Positions 9,206 to 18,465 of a stretch of 64,000 bases of DNA are shown piece after piece. The translations under genes and the position numbers were made by a program. The stretch is from positions 1 through 64,000 of IMG/VR virus record IMGVR_UViG_3300035703_000058; one strand, given 5' to 3'. The stretch comes from a virus. The notes beneath the pieces are model-generated. The model was not told where the DNA came from, ran no database searches, and was given only the letters and a program-made list of their open reading frames with translations. The stretch's first letter is position 1. Every line of letters begins with the position of its first letter.

Positions 9206-9833
9206 CGCGCACCTCCGCCGGCAAGGTGCCGTGCTTTTCGATGTGGGCGCGGAGAGTCTGGGCGTGTGCCCATGCGGCGGTCGCGGAAGGGTGCGAACAT
9301 CGGCGAGAGGTCCCGTCGAAGTCGGAGACGCGCACATCGTGGCGGCTGTCCACGCTCAAGACAAAAACATCGTGAACCCATTGGAGCCCGTGGCGTACCT
9401 CGCCATTCAACGCCTTGCCCGTGAAGTACCACCACCCTTCAGGCGCGGGGTCCTCCCCGACCAACATCAACCGAATCCTCCGCTCCTCAGCGAGCGCAAG
9501 GGCGGTGTCCATCTCAGTCCGCAGCCGGCGGACCTCGGCGATCAGGGCGGGCACGTCTTGGCGCGCGTGGGCGATAAAGTCGGTGTTCTCGCGCCACTGC
9601 TCGCCATCGTGGGCGGCGAGGTCCGGAGCTTGAAGCAGCGTAATCGCCACCGTCTCGCCTGCTCGCGAGCCGTCCATGCCGACGACGTTATCGTGGAACG
9701 CACCACGATCCTGCGTGCCGACGTAGTGGGCATTCATGTACGCCGTGTCGTCCGTGTGGACAGCGTACCAGGGTCCAGGGGTCGCCGCGTCGACGCGAGC
9801 TTCGACGGCTTCGAGGTCAAGGGGCATCTTCAT
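9198..9833 (-). CDS. Ead/Ea22-like phage protein
   Basis: AATPGPW...NTDFIAHARQDVPALIAEV. Confidence 0.7.
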   Translation of the reverse strand: MKMPLDLEAVEARVDAATPGPWYAVHTDDTAYMNAHYVGTQDRGAFHDNVVGMDGSRAGETVAITLLQAPDLAAHDGEQWRENTDFIAHARQDVPALIAEVRRLRTEMDTALALAEERRIRLMLVGEDPAPEGWWYFTGKALNGEVRHGLQWVHDVFVLSVDSRHDVRVSDFDGTSRRCSHPSATAAWAHAQTLRAHIEKHGTLPAEVRDG

Positions 9834-10020
9834 CCTCCACGATCTCGGCGGCCATCGCCATGAATTGGCCAAAGCGAGCGGCTTCCACGGCGTGAATGTT
9901 GAGCGCCTCTGCGCGCAGTCGCTCGATCTCGTCCAGGGCGGCGCTCAGATTGCCCAGCGGAGTCCCGTCGCCCTTGCCACAGAGCAGGCGCTTCGCACGC
10001 TCGGAAAGTTCCTCAGACAT
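9817..10020 (-). CDS. small hypothetical protein
   Basis: Coupled ORF with GGAGG RBS. Confidence 0.5.
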   Translation of the reverse strand: MSEELSERAKRLLCGKGDGTPLGNLSAALDEIERLRAEALNIHAVEAARFGQFMAMAAEIVEDEDAP

Positions 10021-10993
10021 TCGGCACCTCCGACCACTCGCGACCGTCCAAAAGGCGTCCGGCGGCTTTCTTGCCGACGCGCATCACCGAGGTATCGCCG
10101 CTCAGATGGCGGGCATCGGGAAGGGTCCGCCCGAGCGCAATCGCGGTCTTGCGCAGCAGGGCATCGGGCCAGAAGTGAACGGGAACGCCACCACCATCGG
10201 CGGGGCTCGCCTCATACATTCCCGTCCAGCCGGTGCCGTTGGCCTCGACTTCTTCACCGGGCGCCCACTCGCCCCACTGCTTGAAGAAATACGGCACCCC
10301 AGCGGCAACACACTGATCGCGCAAAGACCGTGCCCAATTCGGGTGCATCGGGCGGGCGCCGGGTCCGCTCTCGCCGCCCACGATGATCCAGTCGAGCGCG
10401 GCAAGGTGTGCATCGGCCAGCGCCACGGGGCCGAGCAGCGGCTCCACCGACAGCCACAGCCGCGGCAAGCCGAGCACAAGGGGCAGGCGCTCGTCTGCGC
10501 GCTGTTGGTCCTCCACGGTCACGCCGGGCCACACGACATCGGGGCAGCCGAAGTTCCTGAACCATGCGGCGGCGATGTTGGCGCGCTTCGTCAGCGTCAG
10601 CAGCACCGCGGCGGGGCGGCCATCGGGCAGGCGCAGCGCCGACAGGGCTGGAATCGTGTCGAGCCAGATCTGCGTCCGGACCATTGTGACGACAGGGTGA
10701 TCCTCGAAGATGTCGGCGAGGCTGGCGGTGAAGATGCGCAGCGGGCGGGCTTCGGCCTCGCCGCGCAAGACGGCCCGAAGGTGTGCCTTCGCCCAGCGCA
10801 CGGGCAGGCGCCAGTTGTCGGCGGCGCCCACCACGCGGGTCCCGTTCGGTCCCCACTCGCCGAGCACGGCGGGGTTCCTGAACGAGTTCGCCTTGGCGTA
10901 GCAGTGGGCGCACCCGGGGCTTACCTCGGTGCAGCCGCGGACGGGGTTCCAGGTGGCGTCAGCCCACTCGATCGCGGTTTCTCTTGCCATCAT
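10013..10993 (-). CDS. DUF5131 / phage Gp37-Gp68 family (radical-SAM-like)
   Basis: IEWADATWNPVRGCTEVSPGCAHCYA; WIIVGGESG; FFKQWG. Confidence 0.9.
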   Translation of the reverse strand: MMARETAIEWADATWNPVRGCTEVSPGCAHCYAKANSFRNPAVLGEWGPNGTRVVGAADNWRLPVRWAKAHLRAVLRGEAEARPLRIFTASLADIFEDHPVVTMVRTQIWLDTIPALSALRLPDGRPAAVLLTLTKRANIAAAWFRNFGCPDVVWPGVTVEDQQRADERLPLVLGLPRLWLSVEPLLGPVALADAHLAALDWIIVGGESGPGARPMHPNWARSLRDQCVAAGVPYFFKQWGEWAPGEEVEANGTGWTGMYEASPADGGGVPVHFWPDALLRKTAIALGRTLPDARHLSGDTSVMRVGKKAAGRLLDGREWSEVPNV

Positions 10994-11850
10994 ATTCTCC
11001 TGTTGGCTTGTTTGGCGTCCACCGCCAACTCGATGCGGAGGCGGTCGCTGCCGCGGTGGGTGATCTGCCGGATGCGCTCGCGGCACAAGCCGACGCGCTC
11101 GCCCAGCGCGGCGTGCGTGGTCGGTGCACAGTCGATGCCGTAGACGGCGCGAAGGAACTGCATCTCGCGCGGGTGACCCTTCTCCAGCCGGGCGATCGCC
11201 GCCCGCAGTCGGGCGACGTCGAGGCTGGCGGCGGCGGCTTCGTCGACCGGCACGGCGTCGGCGTCGGTGAAGAGGGCGTGCTGGCTGGCGCCGTCGGTGC
11301 CAGGCATAGGCGCGTCGAGGGACACACAGGCGAAGGCGCGGGCGGCGTTGACGTCGGCGACCGAGAAGCGACCGGCGGCCAGCTCGGCGGCAGGTTGACC
11401 GCGGTCATGGGCGCGGAGCATGGCCCGGGCAGCGCGCATCTCGCCTGCGATGGAGACGGCACCCCAGGTGTTGTCCGCCGCTTTGGTGACGCCGAGCCGA
11501 ATCCACCACCGGGCGACGGTGGAGAACTTGCCGCGCGCCGGATCCCAGATCACCGCGGCGCGGAACAGGTGCTCCAGGGCGGCGCCGGCCACTTCGTCGG
11601 CGTCGCGCAGCCGTGCGGCACGGATGTGCAGGTCGGCCATTCGGCTCGCCGCGATGCGCCACCGCAGCGCCTGGCCCTGCCGCCAGCGTGCCGCCAGCGC
11701 CGCCGGCTTCGGGGCGTCATGGACTTCGCAGTACGAGGCCCAGCGGGTGCCGCCCGGGCGCGCCGTGATGGCCATGTCGAGCGCGGCGGCCACCTCGTTC
11801 TCGATGGCCAGCGCTTCGGCGTGGAGTGCCTGGAGCTTGGAGGCTTTCAT
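10990..11850 (-). CDS. sigma-70-family RNA polymerase sigma factor 1
   Basis: Region 2 WDPARGKFSTVARWWIR; VSLDAP; region 4 GLCRERIRQI. Confidence 0.85.
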   Translation of the reverse strand: MKASKLQALHAEALAIENEVAAALDMAITARPGGTRWASYCEVHDAPKPAALAARWRQGQALRWRIAASRMADLHIRAARLRDADEVAGAALEHLFRAAVIWDPARGKFSTVARWWIRLGVTKAADNTWGAVSIAGEMRAARAMLRAHDRGQPAAELAAGRFSVADVNAARAFACVSLDAPMPGTDGASQHALFTDADAVPVDEAAAASLDVARLRAAIARLEKGHPREMQFLRAVYGIDCAPTTHAALGERVGLCRERIRQITHRGSDRLRIELAVDAKQANRRI

Positions 11851-12713
11851 GCCGCGCCTCGGGCCGCGTAGGGGCTCGCGGGGCGCGGCTGGGCGCCCAG
11901 CATCGAGCGGAGGGCTTCGAGCCCTTGGCGCTCGATGATGCGGGCGCGCTCGCGGGAGACGCCGTGCTCGGCGCCCACCTCCAGCAGCGTGCGCTCTTCG
12001 CCATCGTCGAGGCCGAAGCGGCGCCGGATGATGGCGTGGTCGCGGGGCTGGCGGGCGGCCAACAGGTCGAGGGCGAGGTGCAGCTCTTCGGCCAGCTCGT
12101 TGTCGGCGGCGACCACGTCGACGGCGGGGCTGTCGCCGGGCAGCAAGTCGCCGAAGTAGCCCTTGCCGTCCGGGGCGGGCGCCGAGAGCGACACCATTTT
12201 GAAGCCGCGGGCGGCGTCCACGGTGATGCGGCTGACGGGGGTGCCGACCGTGCCGCGCAGGCGCAGATCGCGGCGCACATCCGAGAGGCGACCGGACGGC
12301 CTGACGACCGGGGCGCGGTCGATGGCGCGCTGGACGCCCGCGCGCACCCAATACGAGGCGTGGGTGGCGAAGCTCGCACGCGACGGCGACCACGTAATCG
12401 CGGCGATGAACAAGGACTCCAGCGCCGTCGAGGCGATGTCTTCGGCGGCTTCGCCCAAGCCGCGGGTCCTGCTACGGATCTGGTGCTGCTGGGTGAGCGC
12501 GAGCTGCCAGCGCAGCACTTCGGCGCGCTGCCACAGCGCCCACGCCGCCGGGTGCGCGCGGACCACCTGCCGCGCGCGCATGTAGCCCGGGGCGCGGGTG
12601 GACTCGCGCGGGACGCTGCGCCGCCGCGGGCTGAGGTCGAGGTGCAGGTCGGCGATGACCCGCTGCTCCAGCTCCAGGGCGGCGAGGTGTAGCTGCAGGT
12701 GCTGGACATTCAC
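11847..12713 (-). CDS. sigma-70-family RNA polymerase sigma factor 2
   Basis: SFATHASYWVR; RRFGL...RTLLEVG...GVSRERARIIE. Confidence 0.85.
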   Translation of the reverse strand: MNVQHLQLHLAALELEQRVIADLHLDLSPRRRSVPRESTRAPGYMRARQVVRAHPAAWALWQRAEVLRWQLALTQQHQIRSRTRGLGEAAEDIASTALESLFIAAITWSPSRASFATHASYWVRAGVQRAIDRAPVVRPSGRLSDVRRDLRLRGTVGTPVSRITVDAARGFKMVSLSAPAPDGKGYFGDLLPGDSPAVDVVAADNELAEELHLALDLLAARQPRDHAIIRRRFGLDDGEERTLLEVGAEHGVSRERARIIERQGLEALRSMLGAQPRPASPYAARGAA

Positions 12714-13348
12714 GCGGCACCCCCGGACTTCTGCGCGGCGCGCTCGGCGTCCACGATCTGCGCCCACGTCTCGCGCGTGTAGGTGATGCGCTTGACCCCC
12801 TTGGTGGGGAGCGTCTGGAGGGACCCGTTGTCGCCCGGGTAGGCGGCGAGCCTCAGCTCGTCAGCGTTCATCCGGTAGACCCGCCACCAGACGGTGTTGA
12901 TGCACAGCCGCCCCCGCGGGTGAACGCGGCGGAGCGGAGACATCACGATCTCGTTGGGGCGCAGATAGGCATCATCGGTGTGCAGGCGGTCGCAGTCGGG
13001 CACCAACTGGGTGCCGGGCCACGGCCAGCCCCGCACGTTCGCGGCGTGCTCCCAAGCGTCCGCCGCGCTGCCGTTGCCCGCCGAGAGCGCGCGGGCGTAG
13101 ACGTCGATGCTCAGCGGCTCGAAGCTGCCGTTGGTGGCGTAGGCGCCGAGCCGCCTGATCTCGGCGAAGTCGCCGACATCGAAGCGCGCGCCGTGCTCGA
13201 TCAACCTGCACAGCACATAAGTGAGGGCGCGGTTGGCCTCGCCGCGGAGTGGTGCCCTGCCGTGCCCGGCGGGTCGTTTCTCGGTGAGGATTGCGGTGTG
13301 CAGGCTCATGAGGGCCGACAGCGCCGCCGTGCGTTCGATGCGTTCCAT
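12710..13348 (-). CDS. hypothetical protein
   Basis: AAGGAG RBS; coupled ORF. Confidence 0.6.
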   Translation of the reverse strand: MERIERTAALSALMSLHTAILTEKRPAGHGRAPLRGEANRALTYVLCRLIEHGARFDVGDFAEIRRLGAYATNGSFEPLSIDVYARALSAGNGSAADAWEHAANVRGWPWPGTQLVPDCDRLHTDDAYLRPNEIVMSPLRRVHPRGRLCINTVWWRVYRMNADELRLAAYPGDNGSLQTLPTKGVKRITYTRETWAQIVDAERAAQKSGGAA

Positions 13349-13358
13349 GGGTGTCTCC

Positions 13359-14663
13359 TTAGAAGGGGATGTCGTCGGCGGGGTCGATGTTGTTGACGGG
13401 GGCGCCTCCCGCCTTGACTGGCCGGGCAAAGCGGCCCGCGCCCCACTCGGAGCGCCGATAGCGGCCACCGTCTGCGGTGTGGATGTAGGCGGCTGTCACC
13501 TCGTCGATAGAGGTGCGAACCCAAACATCCTCGTCTGGGCCGGGCTCGCCCAGCGCGGGGCGCTCGACTGGCTCGCACGAGTAAAGGCACCCGAACACCG
13601 AGCCGTCGGCGGCGCGGAAGAGCCCGGTGGCGTCCTCCACGTAGCCGCTAAGGACGCCGCGGGACCGGCCGCCAGCCTGCTGGACCTGGAAGAGACGCAA
13701 CGCTGGGGCGGCGGGCTGCTTGACCGCGGGGGGGCGAAGGTGGGTGTCCGCCACCGCGTCGTCGATGGCCATCTTCAACTCGCTGGGGCTGGTGACCCCG
13801 AAGGCGTTGGCCGCGTCGGTGGCGACGCCCATCCAGGCGGCGATGTCGCGGGCCTGCTTGGCGAGGTCGGCGGTGGGGTCGAGGTTCAGGACGGCGACCA
13901 CCACCTGGAGCTTGTCGGCGCTCTGGGCGAGGGCGTCGCGGAGACCGTTGTTCTCCTTGACCAGCGCGGCGGACTTGGGGCGTTCAGGCCATGGTGGCAG
14001 CTCGGTGATGTGTATAGCATCCGGGTGGTTAGCCCGGTGCATCGCGATCGCTGCGGGGTCGTGATTCAACGCCAGGACGGGCTCCACGCCCAGCTCCAAC
14101 TCACGGCGCTCGGCGTCGCTGATCTTGGTGGCAATCTCGGCCTCGCTCAGAGGCGCCTTGCCAGCCGGGGGTTTGGCGACGGCCACCGTGGCGTGCTTCT
14201 GGCCGCGCCGGTCCGGGCCGGCGATGGCCTCGTAAGCTCCGACGTTTCGGGCGGCGGTGCGGCATCCGTCACACACGCCGCGAACGTGCGGGGGGCCGGT
14301 GCAGCCGTCGTTGCGGCACAGATCGGGGTGAAGGTCGGCGTTGGGGCGAAGCTTGAACACACGGGGCACAGGGGGCTCCTTCGCCGCCAGCGTGGACGCG
14401 GACGGCTCGATGGGGGTGGGTGTCGGTCGGGCGCCAACAACGGCGCTCAGGGGGCGGGTGTCGGGCGAGGTGGTGAGCCCCCGGGTGATGGGGCGGACGG
14501 TCGGCGCCTTGGCCCGGGCGTCGCGCTCGGCCAGGCGGCGGTTGCGCTCTTCGTGGCCGTGTCTGGCGCACAACCCGTAAGCCTCCCCAGCACCGGCGAT
14601 CGGCAGACCGCAGCGGGGGCGGGCGCACAGGCCGTCGATGTCGGTCAGATCGAGGTCCATCAC
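13359..14663 (-). CDS. multi-Cys protein with SSB-like acidic C-terminal tail
   Basis: Two Cys/His clusters; ends DPADDIPF. Confidence 0.6.
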   Translation of the reverse strand: MMDLDLTDIDGLCARPRCGLPIAGAGEAYGLCARHGHEERNRRLAERDARAKAPTVRPITRGLTTSPDTRPLSAVVGARPTPTPIEPSASTLAAKEPPVPRVFKLRPNADLHPDLCRNDGCTGPPHVRGVCDGCRTAARNVGAYEAIAGPDRRGQKHATVAVAKPPAGKAPLSEAEIATKISDAERRELELGVEPVLALNHDPAAIAMHRANHPDAIHITELPPWPERPKSAALVKENNGLRDALAQSADKLQVVVAVLNLDPTADLAKQARDIAAWMGVATDAANAFGVTSPSELKMAIDDAVADTHLRPPAVKQPAAPALRLFQVQQAGGRSRGVLSGYVEDATGLFRAADGSVFGCLYSCEPVERPALGEPGPDEDVWVRTSIDEVTAAYIHTADGGRYRRSEWGAGRFARPVKAGGAPVNNIDPADDIPF

Positions 14664-15475
14664 TCACCGCACAGGTGGGGCAGGCCCAGCGCGTTGAGAA
14701 CTGCCAGGGTCCCGTCCTTGGCGATCGTCAGAGTGACGGGGGAACCGCTGCACCGTGGGCATCGCGCCGTGGGCTTGGGCCGCTCGGGCCACGCGGGGAG
14801 CGGGGTGCCGGTCACTTCGTGCCAGCCACAGGAGGGGCGCTCGCGATGGCCCGCCCGGTAGGCCCACGCGCAATAGTCGGCCTCTTGTGCCAGCGCACGG
14901 GCTTGCTGGCGCGCGAAGAAGGCGTCCAGCGGGAGCGTGGAGAGGCGGCTGTCTACGTCGGCGGCCACGCGGGGCAGGACCAGCGCGGTGGCCATCGTGT
15001 CCCCGGCGGCGCCGTGGGCGTCCAGGGTGCAGCCCATCTCGGCGGTGACGTCGGTGAGCTTGTTGTCCCCGTACTTGCCGTTGGGCCGGGCGCGGCGCAG
15101 AACGTGGGCGTCTACCCAGGGCCAAGGGATCAGGGCCGGGTCGTGGCCCGCCCGGGCCACCTCGTAGCGCAGGCGACCGTAGTCGAAGGGAGCATTGTAG
15201 GCGACGCAGACGCGGCCCTCGATGGCCGCCAGGAAGTCGCCGAGCACGTCGGCGAAGGCGGGCGCGTCGGCTACGTCGGCGTCGGTGATGCCGTGGACGT
15301 TGGTCGCGCCGGGCTCGATGGGCACGCCGGGGTTGACTCGGACGCAGAAGGCCACCCGGGGCAGCTCGCGGTAGGCGGCGTGGACCACCGCCAACTCGAC
15401 TACGCGGGCGTCGGGGCCTACGCCGGTCGTCTCGGTGTCGATGACGGCGATGGCGGCGTCTTGGAGGGTGGTCAT
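14660..15475 (-). CDS. DEDDh 3'-5' exonuclease (DnaQ-like)
   Basis: IDTETTG, YNAPFD, AHGAAGD. Confidence 0.9.
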   Translation of the reverse strand: MTTLQDAAIAVIDTETTGVGPDARVVELAVVHAAYRELPRVAFCVRVNPGVPIEPGATNVHGITDADVADAPAFADVLGDFLAAIEGRVCVAYNAPFDYGRLRYEVARAGHDPALIPWPWVDAHVLRRARPNGKYGDNKLTDVTAEMGCTLDAHGAAGDTMATALVLPRVAADVDSRLSTLPLDAFFARQQARALAQEADYCAWAYRAGHRERPSCGWHEVTGTPLPAWPERPKPTARCPRCSGSPVTLTIAKDGTLAVLNALGLPHLCGE

Positions 15476-15795
15476 GAGGAGGCGTCCAGCGGCAGCGCCC
15501 GCAGACGGTCACGCTCCGCCACCACGGCGCGCGCCGCTTCGAGCAGGTCGTAGTCGCCAGCCGTCGAGACGCCGAGAATGCGGCACAGCTCGATGCTCTC
15601 GTCGAGTAGGTCCCTGGCTTCGTCGTCCGCGGCGGGCGGCGACTCGGCCGGCACAACCAGCCGGGTCCAGGTGGTCACGTCGGTGTGCCCGTCGGGGCGG
15701 GCGATCAGGATGCGTCCATCGGGCGCGGTGCCGTAGACGAATACCCACGAACCGTCCAGCATGGCGAGAATCGGCGTAGAAAGAAGGCTACTCAT
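15472..15795 (-). CDS. hypothetical protein
   Basis: Coupled ORF. Confidence 0.5.
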   Translation of the reverse strand: MSSLLSTPILAMLDGSWVFVYGTAPDGRILIARPDGHTDVTTWTRLVVPAESPPAADDEARDLLDESIELCRILGVSTAGDYDLLEAARAVVAERDRLRALPLDASS

Positions 15796-15808
15796 CGGAC
15801 AAGGCTCC

Positions 15809-17158
15809 TCAAAACAGGTGGTCGGCGAGGTCTGGCGTGATCACCAGAGGCTCGGGTTGGGCGTCGGGCTCCGGCGCCGTCCAGGGCGTCACGGGGCCGT
15901 CCGGGGGGTCGTCGCCGGGGTGGGTCAGCACCAGCGGCGACGGGCCATCGGGGGCGGCGGAGGCGGCGGATGGCTCGTGAAAGCCCCAGCGGGCCGTGGG
16001 CTTCCGCACGGTGAGTTCGGCGATCAGGGCGTCGCGCTCATCGTCGCGATCGGGTCCGGGCAGCGCCAACACCACGCCCGCCTTCAAGCCCGTCATGCTG
16101 CCCAAGGCGCGCAGCAGGGTGCGCTGGGCTCCAGCCGGCGCGGCCCCGGTCACCAACTCCCACAGGCGGAACATCGCCTCGTGGTGTGGCTCCGCCCGCG
16201 TCGCCTGCTGCCAGCCAAGCAGGCGACCACTCACCTCCAGCGGCTCGTCATCGGTCAGCTCGCGCAGCGCCAGCTCAAGCTGGTCGGCGTGGGCGCGGTA
16301 GGTGGCGTAGCGGCGGGCGGTGTCGGCCGCGTTCTTCGCCGCGGGGTCGGCCACCTCGCAGACCCGGCGGTAAAGACAGCCCATGCAGGCGGGGCCGGGG
16401 TTCGCCGGGCGCGGCGCCTTCATCCGCTTCATCGCCCGCGCCAGCGCGCCGATCTCCGCGCGCCAGAGGTCGAGGTCCTGGAGGGCGTAGCCGTTGAGGT
16501 CGTCGGTCGACTCGAAGGTGGCGCCGCTGCGCAGGTTGACGACTTCGCGGCGAACCCAGTCCACCACCTCCGCGTCGGGGAAGAGGGTGGGCAGGTGGGC
16601 CAACAACAGCAGGACGTAGCCCCGCATCTGGAGCGTGTCGGGTGCGTCGGGGCCGGTGGTCCAGGCGGACTTGTAGTCGCGCACGTAGGCGACGACGTGT
16701 CCGCCTTCCTCCTCGTAGACACCGCAGACGTCCAGGATGCCCCGGTAGAGCGCCTTGGGGTCGCGGTAGTCGCACGGCTCCCAGTCGCCGTCTACGGCCA
16801 GGCCGATCTCGGCGCGTGCCCCTTCGGGGAGCGTGTAGTCGGTCATCGAGAGGTAGCGCAACGCCACCTCGACACCGACCTTGGCGCGCTCCAGGGGCAG
16901 CGGGGGCTGGGGGCGGCCGTTGTGGGTGCGGCCCTCCAGGGCCAACTTCGCCAGCACGCTCGCGGCGATGCGCTCGGCGATCTGCTGCCGCATCCCGTGG
17001 CCGGCGTTGATCTCGCGGTGTACGGCGTCGAGCACCGCATGGGCGGCGACCCCGGCGGCGAAGACGTGGTCATCGCCGGAGACGCCGTGCTCCATGAAGT
17101 CGAGTGCGTGGGCGCACCCACGGGCAAGGGTGCGCAGGCTGGTGGAGCTGGGGATCAT
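15809..17158 (-). CDS. PD-(D/E)XK nuclease, RecB/Cas4-like
   Basis: GILD...VRDYKS; Q..GY; N-terminal Cys plus CMGCLYRRVC. Confidence 0.8.
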   Translation of the reverse strand: MIPSSTSLRTLARGCAHALDFMEHGVSGDDHVFAAGVAAHAVLDAVHREINAGHGMRQQIAERIAASVLAKLALEGRTHNGRPQPPLPLERAKVGVEVALRYLSMTDYTLPEGARAEIGLAVDGDWEPCDYRDPKALYRGILDVCGVYEEEGGHVVAYVRDYKSAWTTGPDAPDTLQMRGYVLLLLAHLPTLFPDAEVVDWVRREVVNLRSGATFESTDDLNGYALQDLDLWRAEIGALARAMKRMKAPRPANPGPACMGCLYRRVCEVADPAAKNAADTARRYATYRAHADQLELALRELTDDEPLEVSGRLLGWQQATRAEPHHEAMFRLWELVTGAAPAGAQRTLLRALGSMTGLKAGVVLALPGPDRDDERDALIAELTVRKPTARWGFHEPSAASAAPDGPSPLVLTHPGDDPPDGPVTPWTAPEPDAQPEPLVITPDLADHLF

Positions 17159-18150
17159 GGGGCGGGGCGCTCCACGGGCATGTCTTCGTAGTCGGCCTCG
17201 ACCACTTCGCGCGCGCCCGGCAGGGCGAGCAGAGGACGGCCCTCGCTGGACAGCAGGGGGCGCGCTTCGGCGAGCTGCTGGGCCCGCCAGACCAGAAAGG
17301 ACTGGAGCGTCTGGCCGTCGGGAAGGTCCTGGTGTATCTCGGGCACCCACACCTCCGTCTTGCGGGCCGGGAAGGTGCGGCGCACAAGTCCGATCCGAAT
17401 GGGCAGCCCGTAGACGTTGGGCTCTCCTTCGCCGCCGAGCTGGCGCCACTGCTCGCAGATCGCAGCGTAGAAACCCCACCACTGCATCGTGGCGACGCTC
17501 ACGGGGCCGGACACCTCGATCATCGCGGGCAAGGCCGGGAAGGGCGTCGCGGCGGGCCAGCGAAGCTGGAACAGAAGCGTCGTCTTGCGCGCACACAGGG
17601 TCACCGGGCGACCCTGTATAGTGACTTCCTGCCGGAACTCGCAGCGGTCACCAGCGCAGACGATCTCCTCAAACGTCGCCGTCTTCGGATTCCACCGTTG
17701 GGCGACGTGGCCATCGCCGGTGCAGGCGGGGCGGCGTAACGGGTTCGCGCTTTGCCCGGGAAGCTGGTGGGCCGCAAAGCGCGTGAACGCGCAACCGCCC
17801 TCGGTGCGGGCCGGGGCGTGAAACTCCCCGTGGATCAGCGTGCCCCGCAGCTCGCGGCGCTTCTGGTTGTGGGCGGCCTGCAAAAGGGCCGCCTCCTGTT
17901 CGTCCAGGCTCTCCCCGCGCTCGCGAACGCGCACCAGCTCGGGGGGGAGCAGGGCGTTAAAGGCCACGTAGGCCGGGTGGGGTACGGACCGCGCCTCCAT
18001 GCCGCTCCCGTTGGCGCGGTACTCGGCCAGGTGAAAGCGGTCCTTGTGGGTCACGCCGTAGCCCTTCGTGGCCTTCAACCCCATCCGAACGCGAACGGCG
18101 GGGTGTTGGTCGGGACGAATGCCAAGAGCGTGTAGATCGTGGCGCATCAT
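17155..18150 (-). CDS. recombination directionality factor-like (Gp3-like) protein
   Basis: RMG.K...; CTGDG...C...CEF...C pattern; next to the nuclease. Confidence 0.6.
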   Translation of the reverse strand: MMRHDLHALGIRPDQHPAVRVRMGLKATKGYGVTHKDRFHLAEYRANGSGMEARSVPHPAYVAFNALLPPELVRVRERGESLDEQEAALLQAAHNQKRRELRGTLIHGEFHAPARTEGGCAFTRFAAHQLPGQSANPLRRPACTGDGHVAQRWNPKTATFEEIVCAGDRCEFRQEVTIQGRPVTLCARKTTLLFQLRWPAATPFPALPAMIEVSGPVSVATMQWWGFYAAICEQWRQLGGEGEPNVYGLPIRIGLVRRTFPARKTEVWVPEIHQDLPDGQTLQSFLVWRAQQLAEARPLLSSEGRPLLALPGAREVVEADYEDMPVERPAP

Positions 18151-18338
18151 GCCTCCGCGGTCGCCTTGACGACCGAGATACGGGTGTCCTGAAGCGCATC
18201 GGCCAACAGCGGCCCGACGCGCGTGCCCTCTACAAGCCAGAAACCCGGCGCGACCTGCTCGGCGTCGCAGTCGTGCAGGCGCACAAGGCGCAGCAGCCAG
18301 CGAAGGGCACGCAGGGAAACCGGAGCGTAGAGGAGCAT
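18147..18338 (-). CDS. small hypothetical protein
   Basis: Coupled ORF. Confidence 0.4.
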   Translation of the reverse strand: MLLYAPVSLRALRWLLRLVRLHDCDAEQVAPGFWLVEGTRVGPLLADALQDTRISVVKATAEA

Positions 18339-18363
18339 GTGACCATCCTATCCGGAGAGGGTG

Positions 18364-18465
18364 TCAGAACCTGACCGGCACCATCATCCAATACGCGACG
18401 ATGATGCAGGCAAAAACAAAAAAAGCAACAATAATCTCAACACACACGGCGCAATCAACGGGCAT
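18364..18465 (-). CDS. small hydrophobic (single-TM) peptide
   Basis: MPVDCAVCVEIIVAFFVFACIIVAYWMMVPVRF; start overlaps the upstream gene end. Confidence 0.35.
   Translation of the reverse strand: MPVDCAVCVEIIVAFFVFACIIVAYWMMVPVRF

Noticed and set aside
15809-17158. Cas4-like gene as part of the CRISPR system
   Set aside because: It is 40 kb away in a recombination module with no cas1/cas2; typical stand-alone phage nuclease
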